A stretch of 64,000 bases of DNA from a virus (taxonomy: Duplodnaviria; Caudoviricetes), in IMG/VR virus record IMGVR_UViG_2786546475_000015, positions 32,001 to 96,000 of that record; one strand, given 5' to 3'. Shown piece after piece: positions 23,651 through 35,421 of this stretch. The notes beneath the pieces are model-generated. The model saw only the letters and a program-made list of their open reading frames with translations, had not been told where the DNA came from and searched no databases. The translations under genes and the position numbers were made by a program. Position 1 is the first letter of the stretch. Every line of letters begins with the position of its first letter.

Positions 23651-24347
23651 TAGTGGTAATATTCACTATAACGTCAATATTCCTACATAATAATGAAAAT
23701 TAACAATAATGGTGTAATCATGAGTCGTACTATCAGAGGTTCTAAACCAAAAGGATATGATTTTAATTCTAAACGATGCTTCGGGTGTGTTAATCTTGGG
23801 TGCGGTAAAGTAGCGAAGCAGATTACAAAAGCTAAAGAGCGTACCCGTAAGCGTTTACAGTTACGAAAAGAGTTGAGGAACTTATAATGGAAAAATATAA
23901 TTTAGGTAAACCAGTTGTCCGTCAGTGTTGGTTGAATATTGAAACAGGCGAATTCAGTAAATCTTGGTTTAAAGGTGAGTTCGGTAATACAGTAGAATCA
24001 ATTCTGTCGGATAATTCTATTGATATTAAGTGGAAACTTATCGAATATAGCGTATTAAATGATAAAGATTTTGAATTTATGGATTGTATGAGACTACGAT
24101 AAGTGGTATCATTAATTTTTTTAGGAGAGAGTATGTATATTCCAAAACAACTTAATTATAACCAGCTACATCAATTACGTTTATCCGCGTACGAACATGT
24201 ACAGGATCATAACATGCGATTCGGTCAAGCGTTTGTTTACGCCTATTCACAAGAAATTAACAGTTCTATTCGTTTCGAATCACTGTTTTATACCGAATCC
24301 GTTGATGAAGCGGAAACATTAATCAATTCTTTTATAGCGGAGTAGTC

Positions 24348-24887
24348 ATGAGTACCGAAACATATAAATGGAACGAATTACTTAGTAAATTGATCGAAGA
24401 ACCAGAATTAGAAGTTCAAACCGATACAAAGGCATATAGTTTTGTTAATCGTTATTTAAACGAAAAGCAATACGGTATTCAGACCGCTCATGCGTTAGCA
24501 CGTTTAACATGGTTAGATAAAAGTCAAATTGTTTTCGATTACATGAAAGGCGAACAAAAATTGATCGTGTTGAATGGTGGTGGGGCGCGTGATATGCGAA
24601 AGACATTGATTAATATTGGTGAAATTGATAGCACTTATTTTTCCATTCAATGGTTTAATGATATTGATATTAATCCCCAATCACCGAGCGCGATTGTAGT
24701 AATCCCTAGTCGTAAAATGCAACACATTATCGACGAAGTTCGCGCTAACAGTAAAGGTCGAGTACGGGTAAGTGGTAATTTACTATTAAACGGAGAAAAT
24801 GAATTTTTGATTAAATCGACACCTGATGGGTTGAATCAAGCCGAATTAGAATTGGTAGAAAAGATTGTAAACGGTCGTACGGTATGA
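24348..24887 (+). CDS. Possible Pth2-like (peptidyl-tRNA hydrolase fold) protein
   Basis: FVNRYL..KQYGIQTAHA...KLIVLNGG resembles Pth2-fold motifs (Q..HA; K.V.L). Confidence 0.45.
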   Translation: MSTETYKWNELLSKLIEEPELEVQTDTKAYSFVNRYLNEKQYGIQTAHALARLTWLDKSQIVFDYMKGEQKLIVLNGGGARDMRKTLINIGEIDSTYFSIQWFNDIDINPQSPSAIVVIPSRKMQHIIDEVRANSKGRVRVSGNLLLNGENEFLIKSTPDGLNQAELELVEKIVNGRTV

Positions 24888-25838
24888 TGTGGCTAAGAAA
24901 TGCTTTACTTAGATTAATGATTTCTATGAATAGCGAAATGGATGGTTACATCTATTATAAAGGAAAAGTTTTACCCGCGTTTTATAGCGAGAAATTATTA
25001 GGAAAACGATATTTATTAACTAATTATGTCAGTAGTGGTACTTACATATTACTAGATGATATGCGTTTATATCCATATTTTTCTGTTATCACGAAAGACA
25101 TTTTTGATATGCCGATGTTTATCGGTGAAGCCGATTACGTGAAATTAAAAAAGGAAAAGTAATGAATTACAAACAAGTTTGTGAATCTTTAGAACATGCA
25201 GACGAGCGTTTTAAATTAGCCAAAATCTATAACGACAACACAAGTGTTGGCATGTATCGCGGTGATTTTATCGATAAACGTATCAAAGAATTGCAAAATG
25301 AAATCAATAAACTAAAACAAGCTAAATCGGTCGAAACACAGATGAACATGCGTGGTTGGTCTTTTTTTGATATCAGCAATGATATTGAATACGACGAATA
25401 TGGTATGTTTGTAGGTACAAAGGATGAATTATTTGAACGTATTCCAAACCCATCGTGTTATAGTCGATATGATGAAGATGATGAATGGGAACAATCATTA
25501 TGAAAACTGATTGGGTAAATTGTCCTATCTGTCATCAACCAGATATGGAAGCTGTTCATTACGGTGATGAAGATGGTTGGTATGTTAATTGTGTGAATTT
25601 GTCATGTCCTAGTAATCAAGTAGGTACACGATATGCAGATTTAGAGCGACCGCCTAAACCACCAAAAGTGATTAAAGGTCATTCTATGCATGGTTGGGAT
25701 GATGAACCCATGATATGTACGACAATTAATGTTTTTCGTAGTGATGTGAAAGCACCGATTGGGTACTTAAAACCAGATCATAACAACGAAAATTGGTCTA
25801 TTCGTGATAATTTATTTACACGTTTTTATAAAAAGGTA

Positions 25839-25866
25839 TTGACATGGTTTAAACGGTCTGTATAAT
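25839..25866 (+). promoter_or_regulatory. Consensus sigma70 promoter (class II, 16-bp spacer)
   Basis: TTGACA-N16-TATAAT. Confidence 0.85.
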
Positions 25867-25916
25867 AGTACTTGTTCTGTTGGAGAACTTCTTTTAATCG
25901 AAATGAGGAAATTATT

Positions 25917-26033
25917 ATGAAAATGTTTTTTAAATCACGTAAAGCTATGCGTCAATTCAAAGGTTCTGCTAAGAAAGTAGACCAAGGCGCGAAAGCACAA
26001 CAAGGTCGCCGTTGGGCGGTTCAAGTTAGTTAA
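25917..26033 (+). CDS. 38-aa basic peptide, monocistronic (not in ORF track)
   Basis: RBS GAGGA; MKMFFKSRKAMRQFKGSAKKVDQGAKAQQGRRWAVQVS; flanked by its own promoter and terminator. Confidence 0.8.
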   Translation: MKMFFKSRKAMRQFKGSAKKVDQGAKAQQGRRWAVQVS

Positions 26034-26035
26034 TT

Positions 26036-26056
26036 AAAGGGCGTTCGCGCCCTTTT
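26036..26056 (+). terminator. Intrinsic terminator with UUCG loop
   Basis: aaagggcg-ttcg-cgcccttt-t. Confidence 0.85.
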
Positions 26057-26631
26057 AGGAGTGATTATGAATACAGCCTTTAGACATGGTTATGAAGCTT
26101 CTAAATGGGAAGGTAGTAACGAAGAAATAAATCCGTATACACCATACGAACCAGAATGGTATGATTGGTTAAATGGTTGGTTCGCTGGACATGAGGAACA
26201 AAGAAATGAAAAACGTAAAGTTTAAAATCGATAATAAAGTTGTCGCAAAATTAGTTACAGATAAAATCAAAGCTTTGGCTACCGAAGGAGAAATTTTATA
26301 TCCTCTAGTTTATCCAAACGAATTTTCTATTGAACCACTATACGTGTACATCGATAACGAAGGTCGAGTTACATACGATTTAGATGAACTAACATTTGAA
26401 CGTGTAAAAGAAACGCAAATCCATTACCTACACTTTTTGACGGGTACTACTGACGGTCGGTTATTCACTAATGACATTACCGATAATATCTATCTGCAAT
26501 TAGGTGATACCGCTTATTGGATCGATATTTATACTGGACAGTTAGAATGGCATCCATTCAATTTAAGTAAGACTTTAAAAATGCTAAACGGAAATTGGTT
26601 AATTGACGTTAACGAAAAAGCGTTATAGTCA

Positions 26632-26665
26632 TTGACAAGCCCGTTATAACCTGTATAATGGGCTT
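26632..26665 (+). promoter_or_regulatory. Class II promoter overlapping a hairpin
   Basis: TTGACA-N16-TATAAT; inverted repeat aagcccgttata/tataatgggctt includes the -10 box. Confidence 0.8.
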
Positions 26666-27442
26666 TGTTGAGTTAGGAAATCGCTTAAAGGAGTTGATAT
26701 GAACAAGTGGAAAATCGTTTTAAACAATGGCGATATTGGTATCGTAGAAGGTAAAAAACTACTAAAAGCGGTTAAAGAAAGTCCTTTTAACCCATCTGAT
26801 GTAAAATATTACGAATTGTTGAAATAGGAGTTGATATGAACATTTCAGAACTTAAAAATCGTGTCGCTAATGCCGTTGCCGATTACAACAAAGAATTCAT
26901 GGCTACACACGACGAACCAGATTTTGGTGAATGCGGTAGTGCTGTCGTTTTAATTAGTTTTGGTCGTAAGCGTAAAATTAAGGAAGCTTTTTTAGATGAA
27001 GTTTTACTAGGTATGGATTGGAGTTCTGCTAGTAAAAAAACATTCGTTTTTGAATATGACGGTAACGCTGGTGTTCCAGTACCAACACAATATGCTGGTT
27101 ATTACCGCCAACGAGCTTACCTTGTATCGCGTATTCTAAAAGAATGGTTAGAAGAAAACGGTCAAGAGGGTGTTGACGTACACGTACATAGTTGGGTGGA
27201 TTAATGAATATTCGTGATATATCTATGCAAATTAAAGGCTTGGAAGATTTTCGTAATGATTACGTTTGTATAGCGAAACAAATGAACAAAAATGATTTAG
27301 GTATTGGTGGAGAATATATTATCACCACCATAAAAGCTATGGATGTTAGGATAGGCGAATTGGTTGATCAAAGAAAATCATTAATAGCAAAGCAGATGGA
27401 AGAAAGGCGTAATGAAATGAAACAAAAATTAAAAGGTTTAGT

Positions 27443-28015
27443 ATGAGTAAATTTTTATTAACAGATATCGACGGTTGTGTACTTAATTGGCATAAAGGCT
27501 TTATTAGCTTTTGCGAAATGTTAGGGTTTAAATTAGACAAAAATTCAGACCATACCGATTATGACATGGCTACGTGGTTTACTAATATGTCGTCGGAGCA
27601 ATTTCGCGGATTAGTGACATTGTTTAACAATTCACAATTTTCTAATTTATGTCCACCATTATCTGATGCTGGAACATATTTACCATTAATCGCTAAAAAC
27701 CATCGTGTCGAAGCGTTAACCGCGTTTGGCGATCGTCCAGAACAAAAGGAAATGCGTAAGAATTTGATAAACGCGTTATTCCCTAATGTGTTCGATGAAA
27801 TTCATGTAATCGATTTACAAGAATGTAAGCGTTCTTATCTAGAGCGTATTAAACCAGATATTTTTATCGAAGATAGTTTACGACACGCTGATAGTTCGCT
27901 AGAATTGGGTATCGAAACATGGATGATTAAAACACCATATAATGATAGTGATAAACATCAATATTTGGATAAATATGAGCCGTGGAAAGATTTATATAAA
28001 CGAATGGGTGAATAA
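27443..28015 (+). CDS. HAD-family phosphatase, T4 gp30.2-like
   Basis: LLTDIDGCVLNW, TAFGD, NL.NALFP..F, FIEDS..H. Confidence 0.8.
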   Translation: MSKFLLTDIDGCVLNWHKGFISFCEMLGFKLDKNSDHTDYDMATWFTNMSSEQFRGLVTLFNNSQFSNLCPPLSDAGTYLPLIAKNHRVEALTAFGDRPEQKEMRKNLINALFPNVFDEIHVIDLQECKRSYLERIKPDIFIEDSLRHADSSLELGIETWMIKTPYNDSDKHQYLDKYEPWKDLYKRMGE

Positions 28016-28482
28016 TGAAAATAGGTAAATTTAATTTCGAATACAAACCTTATCCGCATGTATGGTGGATTAGCGACAAATTACCAAAAAATACAAACGG
28101 TAATACTATCTTGGGTTGTATTCGTTTGAAACCGAATTATGACGAATCTACGTATCAACATGAATTGATGCATGTATTTCAGAATTATGTCGTTAATCTG
28201 TTAGCATTTGCGTTAATACTTTACATTTACCCACCACTATCGCCTTTGGCGTTTGGTTTACATGGTTTATTGTATAAGTATTGGGATCGATTCCGCTTTG
28301 AATGTGAAGCTATGGCGATCGCCGTATCCGTCGAATATCGAGCATTCCCTAAAGATCCCGACCGTTGGATTAAAAACTATACAGATGCTATGAACAAAAA
28401 TTACGATTTAGATGTTCGTAAGTATAACAAAGATTATATTTATAAACGCATCCGTGGTTATTGGGAAATGATGTTCAAATGA
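28015..28482 (+). CDS. HEXXH zincin-like protein with a hydrophobic segment
   Basis: YQHELMHVFQ...FECEA. Confidence 0.55.
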   Translation: MKIGKFNFEYKPYPHVWWISDKLPKNTNGNTILGCIRLKPNYDESTYQHELMHVFQNYVVNLLAFALILYIYPPLSPLAFGLHGLLYKYWDRFRFECEAMAIAVSVEYRAFPKDPDRWIKNYTDAMNKNYDLDVRKYNKDYIYKRIRGYWEMMFK

Positions 28483-28707
28483 GTATCAAAGAAGATATAA
28501 AGTCAGAATTGACTAACCGTATGAAAAGTTTGTACGGACAACGTTATTCAGCAAAAACGATGTATTTGCTAGAAAAGACAATCAGCGATTATTTAGAAAG
28601 TATTAATATCGATAATCCAGTTAATAATATTCGTATATTAAGTGGCGTGAGTAATACTTCTATATACATCGTAAATTTAGACTTAGAAATTATTATTGGT
28701 CGTTAAT

Positions 28708-29163
28708 ATGGATATAGGTAGTGGAAACGGTTATCCGTCATCCAAACTTTCTAACTTCGCGCCACACTCATTTACTATCGATGGTATTGAGTGTGGTTCT
28801 ATGGAAGGTTTTTTGCAATCATTAAAGTTCAAAAGTATTGAAATGCAAATTCAAGTTTGTTCTTTATTTGGTAAGAAAGCTAAATTTCGTGGTAAGCGTA
28901 AGAAGTGGTGGCGGGATCAGATTTTATATTGGCGTGGCGTTCCAATTTATAGACATAGTGATGTTTATCAAAATCTGATTACACGTGCGTATGACGAGTT
29001 AGCCAAAAACGAGAAATTTAAAAACGCTATTATCGCTAGTAAGGATGCTGTTTATACTCATAGTATGGGTAAAAACGATCCGTCGAAAACGATTTTAACG
29101 GAAACCGAGTTTTGCGGTCAGTTAAATCGTGTTCGTAATAATATTTTAAAAGGTGATGTATGA
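28708..29163 (+). CDS. NADAR-family protein, T4 gp30.3-like
   Basis: LSNFAPH.F.IDG...SMEGFLQSLK...LYWRG...HSMG...TILTETEF. Confidence 0.85.
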   Translation: MDIGSGNGYPSSKLSNFAPHSFTIDGIECGSMEGFLQSLKFKSIEMQIQVCSLFGKKAKFRGKRKKWWRDQILYWRGVPIYRHSDVYQNLITRAYDELAKNEKFKNAIIASKDAVYTHSMGKNDPSKTILTETEFCGQLNRVRNNILKGDV

Positions 29164-30576
29164 GTATTATTAATGAAGCCTATGATGAAATTGAAAAGGT
29201 CGAAGAATTAGTTGGTGAGGATGATGATAATCTCGCTGAATTAATTTATGATATGAGTCAAGCTATGGATGATATATGTTCTGTAATCCATCGCGCCAAA
29301 GCCTATAAAAGAGAGCTACAACGTAATGGTTAGTGATACCAAGTACAAAGACCTAGAAGAACGTTATTATCGCCTTAGAAGTGCGTACAGCGCTGTTTTA
29401 GAGCGAATTAGTAACGGTCGTATAACAGAACCTTGTGTTGATACCGCTTATGTGTTATCCTTGCTTTATGGTAAAAATTATTTAGATAATGATTTGAGGT
29501 AATTATGTTTCATCAATTTGACTTTAACACGTTCGTTAATGGTAAACAGGGTGAATGTGTATCCGACAAACGCGGTAATGACATTTTTTGTTTTCATACA
29601 GAACCAGAAGTTTTTATAGACAAAAATGATGGATTATGCGTTAGATTTGAATTCGTTTCAAAATATAACGATGATCCGACAACATCAAAAACAATCACAC
29701 TTTATAAGAGAGATTTCGACAATGGCTAATGAAGATTATATTAATGCAATCGAACAATACGGATTTGTTACTTTCGCTGGCGTGATTTATGCTTTGTCTA
29801 CACATACCGTTATGGAGTATAATGAAAGTAATCAAACCGAATATTATCAGATGGGTATTGCCCCTAGCGGCGAAAAAGTTATTATCGATTACGATTCTGA
29901 AATGGAAGCGTTTAGCGTTAGTTTAGCAAATGATTAGTATCCAAGAAGAAGGCAACTTACAGAAATTAATCGATATCGCTAATCCATCATTAATGCCTAT
30001 GTGTCAAATAGTTGACTCTAACGATAGGGTTTTTAATGTCGGTTGTGAAGGTATGATTATGGAAAATGGTCGATTGGGTCTACAAATGAATCACCCCGAT
30101 TTGGTTTGTATGTCGCGTGAGGAATATGAATCTACTAGTAAGATTACTAGTGGCGAACACGTCATGATTCCAAAATCGAAAGAACATGCTAGATCAATGG
30201 TAGCGGTGGCTATGAATTATTTAGGTAATAATTATGAGTAAGGTTGTTATGAGTGTTAAAAATTTAGACGATTTAAAAGAAATAGATAAAGAGATCAATG
30301 AACTCAAGAGTTCTGTTCGACGTTATACGAAAAGTATGAATACATTAGCTGATTTTCGTCGCGGAGAAGTACCGAATAAAGATTTCTTATGTATTAGTGG
30401 TAATATGAACTACCGATATGAAGTAGACGGTAATACTAAAGATATTATCGAACAACAATTAGAGGTTTATCAACCAGATTTTATTCGTGCTGTTGAAATG
30501 CGTTTGGAATCTATTATACGTGGTTTGAAAAATCAAATTTCGTTGAAACAAAGGCAAATGGATAACTTTTTTAAAA

Positions 30577-30822
30577 ATGATTGAAAATATTATTGTTGAT
30601 AATGGTAATGTTTTGGATTCTGATAAAGAATTAATCTTTGGCGATGAAGAAGTGATTACGACCGAAGTTATGCCATTACCCAATTTATTACATACATTAG
30701 GTGTATATAAATCGACTTCGCAAGCTAGGAAAGCTGGTCGGGTTGGTGATATACCAACGGGGTATACTGAATACAAAGCGTCGAAGAAAGTTAGACTTTT
30801 TATTTGGAATCCTACCGAATAG
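30577..30822 (+). CDS. Small protein with an S4/TyrRS-C-terminal-like motif
   Basis: LPNLLHTLGVYKSTSQARKAG resembles the S4-like L..LL...G...S.S.AR motif. Confidence 0.45.
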   Translation: MIENIIVDNGNVLDSDKELIFGDEEVITTEVMPLPNLLHTLGVYKSTSQARKAGRVGDIPTGYTEYKASKKVRLFIWNPTE

Positions 30823-30824
30823 TA

Positions 30825-30868
30825 TTGACATTAAAGCCTATACCTGTATAATCATGGGTATAGGCTTT
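30825..30868 (+). promoter_or_regulatory. Class II promoter with the -10 box in a hairpin loop
   Basis: TTGACA-N16-TATAAT; perfect 12-bp stem aaagcctatacc/ggtataggcttt followed by T-rich sequence; GGAG; ATG 30884. Confidence 0.8.
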
Positions 30869-31276
30869 TCTTTTGGAGATATTATGAATATTGTAGAGTT
30901 GAAAAAACACGTTAAAAACCAACATAACGATTGGTCGATTATGTGGCAAGAAGAACGTTCAGCCGCTATTTTATCAGAAGCCAAAAAACTCTATTTGAAT
31001 GGTCGTTTAAAAGAACGTACTTTCAAAGCCGCTAAAAATTGGGCTAAGAAAGAGATTGATCGTAAAATTTATATGGGTGGAGAACTTTATGTCTAATATC
31101 GAACGAATGATTATCAACAATCTAGAATCTGGTGTTAACAATAATAAAATGTTAATGGAAACACACCAATGGAACGGCGACAAAGAAATGTACAATTATT
31201 TTAAAGGTCGTTATGAATACGCCAAAGGCTTATTAAATTCTATCAAACAATATAAACTCGACGATTTGGGTTAATC

Positions 31277-31921
31277 ATGCGTAGAGAAAAACGTTTTAAA
31301 CCAGTATTAAGAATTGATAAAAAACTAAAACATCGCATTAAGCGTAAAAAATCACGCGATAAACGTGATATTGAATTCGATTTACCAGATTGGTATGTGG
31401 CTTTACTTTATCGTTGTACTCATTGTTTTTATACTGGCGAAAAATTCGAAAAGAAAGGTGATAATCGCATGTCACTAGAACGAGTTGATAACGATAAAGG
31501 TTATATCGTCGGTAATGTTATCCCTGTTTGTACTCGCGTTAATCTACTAAAAAATGATTTAGATGATAGAGGGTTGGTTGATGCTATCGAAGATCGAGAA
31601 GAAAAAATTGATGAATATAAACGTCAATCCGATTCATTGATTAAGCTTATTAACAAAACCAACGATAGAATGTCTGATTATCTTTATGATTGGGATTGTA
31701 AACAACTCAATAAAGTGAATATCAATAATTTAAATCAATGGCATAAAAACCTTAATCATTATATTGATAAAATCGTTATTCTACAAAAAGACATAGAATT
31801 ATTGGAAATGGCGTTGACAGCGGAATCGTATTACCGTAAAATGTCAAAAAATGCAGTTATGTTATGCTTAATGTATCAACAAGAATTTAATCCTAAAGAA
31901 AGATTCGGAGTAAGTATTTAA
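31277..31921 (+). CDS. srd: Srd-like protein (putative anti-sigma/decoy)
   Basis: R.IEFDL...CFYTGEKF...MSLERVDNDKGYIVGNVIPV...N followed by a coiled coil, as in T4 Srd. Confidence 0.75.
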   Translation: MRREKRFKPVLRIDKKLKHRIKRKKSRDKRDIEFDLPDWYVALLYRCTHCFYTGEKFEKKGDNRMSLERVDNDKGYIVGNVIPVCTRVNLLKNDLDDRGLVDAIEDREEKIDEYKRQSDSLIKLINKTNDRMSDYLYDWDCKQLNKVNINNLNQWHKNLNHYIDKIVILQKDIELLEMALTAESYYRKMSKNAVMLCLMYQQEFNPKERFGVSI

Positions 31922-34095
31922 TGAAAACAGTATATCCAGATGATAAGATTTTTCGTGGTCGTTCTACGGAATCTAAGTCTTTTGGTTTTACACCAAGTGG
32001 TAAAGCGTTTAAAGCATTCTCTAGTTCACTATATACACGCAAAATTCGTGCGGTAGTACGTGAGACGATGACGAATGGGTTAGATGGTCATATCAAGAAT
32101 GGGAATCCAGAAGAACCGATTAAAGTCGCCCTACCCAATAAACTATACCCACAATTTACGGTTCGTGATTATGGTACTGGTATGGAACATGATTTTATTA
32201 TGAACGAATATTCTAGTTACTTTAAGTCTACTAAAGATGACAGTAACGATGAAGTCGGTGGTCATGGTCTTGGTTGTAAAAGTCCGTTCGCTTATACATC
32301 ATCATTTACCGTTAAATCGTATCAGAATGGAGTTCTACGCGTTTATTCTTGTTATATGAAAGCCAACGGTGAGCCTAGTATTGATTTCCAGTTAGAAACG
32401 CGTACAGACGAACGTAACGGTGTTGAAGTATCAGTACCAGTAGAGGAAAATGACTTTAATCGATTTGAAAATGAAGCGGCGTACGTAATTTCTACATTTG
32501 ATGTAAAACCAGATATCAACGTAAACCCAAAATTCGAAATGGAGCATTTCATTGATTCCGTTTACGTAACTGACGTTTCTCTAGAATCTAAAGTAATGAT
32601 CCGTATGGGTAATGTAATTTACCCACTATCTAATAACGATGATATTCGTGATGTTTTATGGAAAACTAATTTTCGTAGTAAAATTAATAAAACTATTATT
32701 ATTGATATGCCTATTGGTGAAGTACCAGTAGCGGTTAGTCGAGAAAATATCGAATATGAACCGTGGGTAGTCGAACATATTTGCGAATACATCAATAAAT
32801 TAGATGAACGTATTGATAAAATGGTTGACGATCTATATCAATCCGTGGTAGATGATGAAAACGGTTATGATATCATGAAAGAAAAGATGCCTAACTGTAT
32901 CGATTATTATAAGAAAAGAGAATTTATTTGTCCTATTCCTTATACAAGAAAGCATTGTGGGATTAACGACCAAAGCGGTCATTACCATAATCTAATGAAA
33001 TCACCAATTTCAATGCTTGAACGTATCATGAACGGAGAACAAGAAACTATTTATGATACCAACAAAAATAAGGAATTCAGTGATATTGATGCGGAAAGTG
33101 AGCCGTTTTATACATTGTTCAAAGCTTATAATAGCTTTGGTAATAAACGTAATATCTATGGTCGCCCGTCATTAGCTACGACTGTAAATATGCCTAACGT
33201 GTACACTGATTGGGATAAATTTTATCTACTAGAACGTAACGCACCTATTAAGCGTTCTATCGAAAATAATATGTGTAACGATTACACGCATTATGGCAAC
33301 TATTTCATTATCGATAAAAAGGTTTTAGATGAACATAAAAAACTGATTGATTTTATGTTTGATAATCGTGTAGAATATATGAAACTTGTCGATAAAAATA
33401 AAGTTGATAAGATTCCTCGGACTTATGGTAGTTATAACATCTATGCTGTTAAAGCACGTAGATATTCATTGGATAAAAAAACTCGCGATAAAGCGGTCGA
33501 TCTAGAAGATGCACTAAACAGTCTACGTCATAGCGATTTTAGTTTTGATGGTAAAACAGTCGTTTATTGTGAACACAAAAGCGGTGGTGTTTATATCGAT
33601 GGGTTTCTTAGTAAAATAGGTATTGAGAAATTTAGTAGAAGTTTGAATGATATCGGCGTTACCGTAGTCGGACTACCTAAATGTATTATCAAACAAATTA
33701 AAGAATATGATGGTGATTATAAGTTCGTTCATTTAAAATATGTTATATTGGGTATTGTTAATAATTTATTAAAACGCTCGCGTAAAATTATTAGTGTAAA
33801 AGCTACGCCGTTGAAGTATTTGGATCAATACAAAGGCGTTGACGTTAATAAATTTAAATATAAAATGAAATGTATTAGTGATTTATCAGATTTCAAATAC
33901 GATTGGGCTTTTTGTGATAAACCAATGAAGAAAAAAATTATTAAAATGTATAAAAACATTAATAATAATGATGAAATGATAAAACATCTAAATGATAAAC
34001 TGATCGAAGAACATCCCGTATTAGAATATGTAGAAGTTGGTATTAATGACGAAAGAGATTTCAAAAAAATTATTAAAGGTATGATAAATGAGTAA
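31921..34095 (+). CDS. rIIA: RIIA protector from prophage-induced early lysis
   Basis: GHKL ATPase motifs (RAVVRE..TNGLD, VRDYGTGM, STK.DSND.VGG.GLGCKSPFAY); 724 aa; adjacent to rIIB. Confidence 0.95.
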   Translation: MKTVYPDDKIFRGRSTESKSFGFTPSGKAFKAFSSSLYTRKIRAVVRETMTNGLDGHIKNGNPEEPIKVALPNKLYPQFTVRDYGTGMEHDFIMNEYSSYFKSTKDDSNDEVGGHGLGCKSPFAYTSSFTVKSYQNGVLRVYSCYMKANGEPSIDFQLETRTDERNGVEVSVPVEENDFNRFENEAAYVISTFDVKPDINVNPKFEMEHFIDSVYVTDVSLESKVMIRMGNVIYPLSNNDDIRDVLWKTNFRSKINKTIIIDMPIGEVPVAVSRENIEYEPWVVEHICEYINKLDERIDKMVDDLYQSVVDDENGYDIMKEKMPNCIDYYKKREFICPIPYTRKHCGINDQSGHYHNLMKSPISMLERIMNGEQETIYDTNKNKEFSDIDAESEPFYTLFKAYNSFGNKRNIYGRPSLATTVNMPNVYTDWDKFYLLERNAPIKRSIENNMCNDYTHYGNYFIIDKKVLDEHKKLIDFMFDNRVEYMKLVDKNKVDKIPRTYGSYNIYAVKARRYSLDKKTRDKAVDLEDALNSLRHSDFSFDGKTVVYCEHKSGGVYIDGFLSKIGIEKFSRSLNDIGVTVVGLPKCIIKQIKEYDGDYKFVHLKYVILGIVNNLLKRSRKIISVKATPLKYLDQYKGVDVNKFKYKMKCISDLSDFKYDWAFCDKPMKKKIIKMYKNINNNDEMIKHLNDKLIEEHPVLEYVEVGINDERDFKKIIKGMINE

Positions 34096-35140
34096 AATTA
34101 ATCAAAAAACAAAAAATGCCGTAGTATCATTTTACTACGGCGATGGTGAACGTAATAAAGCTAAAACAGCACGTAAATTTAAGATTAGTTCACGTAGTGT
34201 TGGTCGTATTATCAAAACTGAAGTATTATCAAAACTGAACCCCACACCAGAATTAAGAAAATTAATGAAAGGTGAAGGTGAAGATGTACCGAATACAAAT
34301 TCATCGCCAGAAGAATGTGGAATCGATGATTTAGATACAGGTGAATATTTAGTAGCTGATAGTCCAAATTCGACTAACGCACCCGAATCGGATATTGTGA
34401 TCGAAAAACACAATTCCATTCCAAAAGATACGACTATCGTTAATTGGACTGGTGGGTTAAAATTCATTAGTTTGGTATTGAGTAACGGCGAATCTATCAC
34501 CATTAATAGCGACGACAAACGCTATGACGGTGTTAAAGAAGCGTTATGGAATGAAGATATCGATAAAGCTTTAGAAATCGCGGATAGCGCTACCGAAATT
34601 AAAAAATGGTCTAAGAATGGCGTGGTTATTAGAAACGGTCAATTGACTGTACACGGTAAATTAATGACAGGCGCAGTAGTTGATCACATCATTCAATCAT
34701 TTGAGACTGGACGCGATTTCGATAAATATGTTAACTTCTATATCAAGTTGCTACAAAATACCGATTCTGATAGTGTACGTCAATTGCTACCATTCATGAA
34801 ACATAATGATATCGATGTTGATTCAGACGGTAATATCATTGCGTGGAAAATGGTTGACCAAGACTATAAAGATCATTTTACAGGTAAAATGGATAACAGC
34901 GTGGGCGCTGAACCTTGGATGCCGCGTGAAGATGTAGTTGACAATCCCAAAAAAACATGCGAAGCTGGATTACATGTATGCGCTAAAGCATATATCGGAT
35001 TTTTCTCTGATTCGCGTATCGTAAAAGTATTAATCGATCCAGCGAACGTAGTAAGCGTACCTAACGATTATAACGGCGCTAAAATGCGTGTATGTCGTTA
35101 TAAAGTTATCGAGGATGTAACGGAGACGTTTACCAAATGA
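34088..35140 (+). CDS. rIIB: RIIB
   Basis: N-terminal HTH; QL.PF..HNDI...G.I.AWK; C..GLHVC..Y; VVSVP.DYN.AKMRVCRY. Confidence 0.95.
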   Translation: MSKINQKTKNAVVSFYYGDGERNKAKTARKFKISSRSVGRIIKTEVLSKLNPTPELRKLMKGEGEDVPNTNSSPEECGIDDLDTGEYLVADSPNSTNAPESDIVIEKHNSIPKDTTIVNWTGGLKFISLVLSNGESITINSDDKRYDGVKEALWNEDIDKALEIADSATEIKKWSKNGVVIRNGQLTVHGKLMTGAVVDHIIQSFETGRDFDKYVNFYIKLLQNTDSDSVRQLLPFMKHNDIDVDSDGNIIAWKMVDQDYKDHFTGKMDNSVGAEPWMPREDVVDNPKKTCEAGLHVCAKAYIGFFSDSRIVKVLIDPANVVSVPNDYNGAKMRVCRYKVIEDVTETFTK

Positions 35141-35421
35141 ATTTAATGAAATTTTATCAATGTTGTTTAGACGCTTGTAAAGATCCTAACACGATTACTA
35201 AAGATATTACTAAAGTATTCGATGATATGGATATGAGCGTCGATGAAGCATTGAGCATGATTCAAGCTATTCAAAATAATATTGAATACTTCAAAAATTT
35301 AGAACAAACTGATAAAATTAAAAATGAACTTGAGATTCGTACGAGGATTTCATTAGAATTGGGTATGTGGTGTGAACGTGTGGGGTATATTCACCCCACA
35401 CCAAACGGATTGTATCACTGA

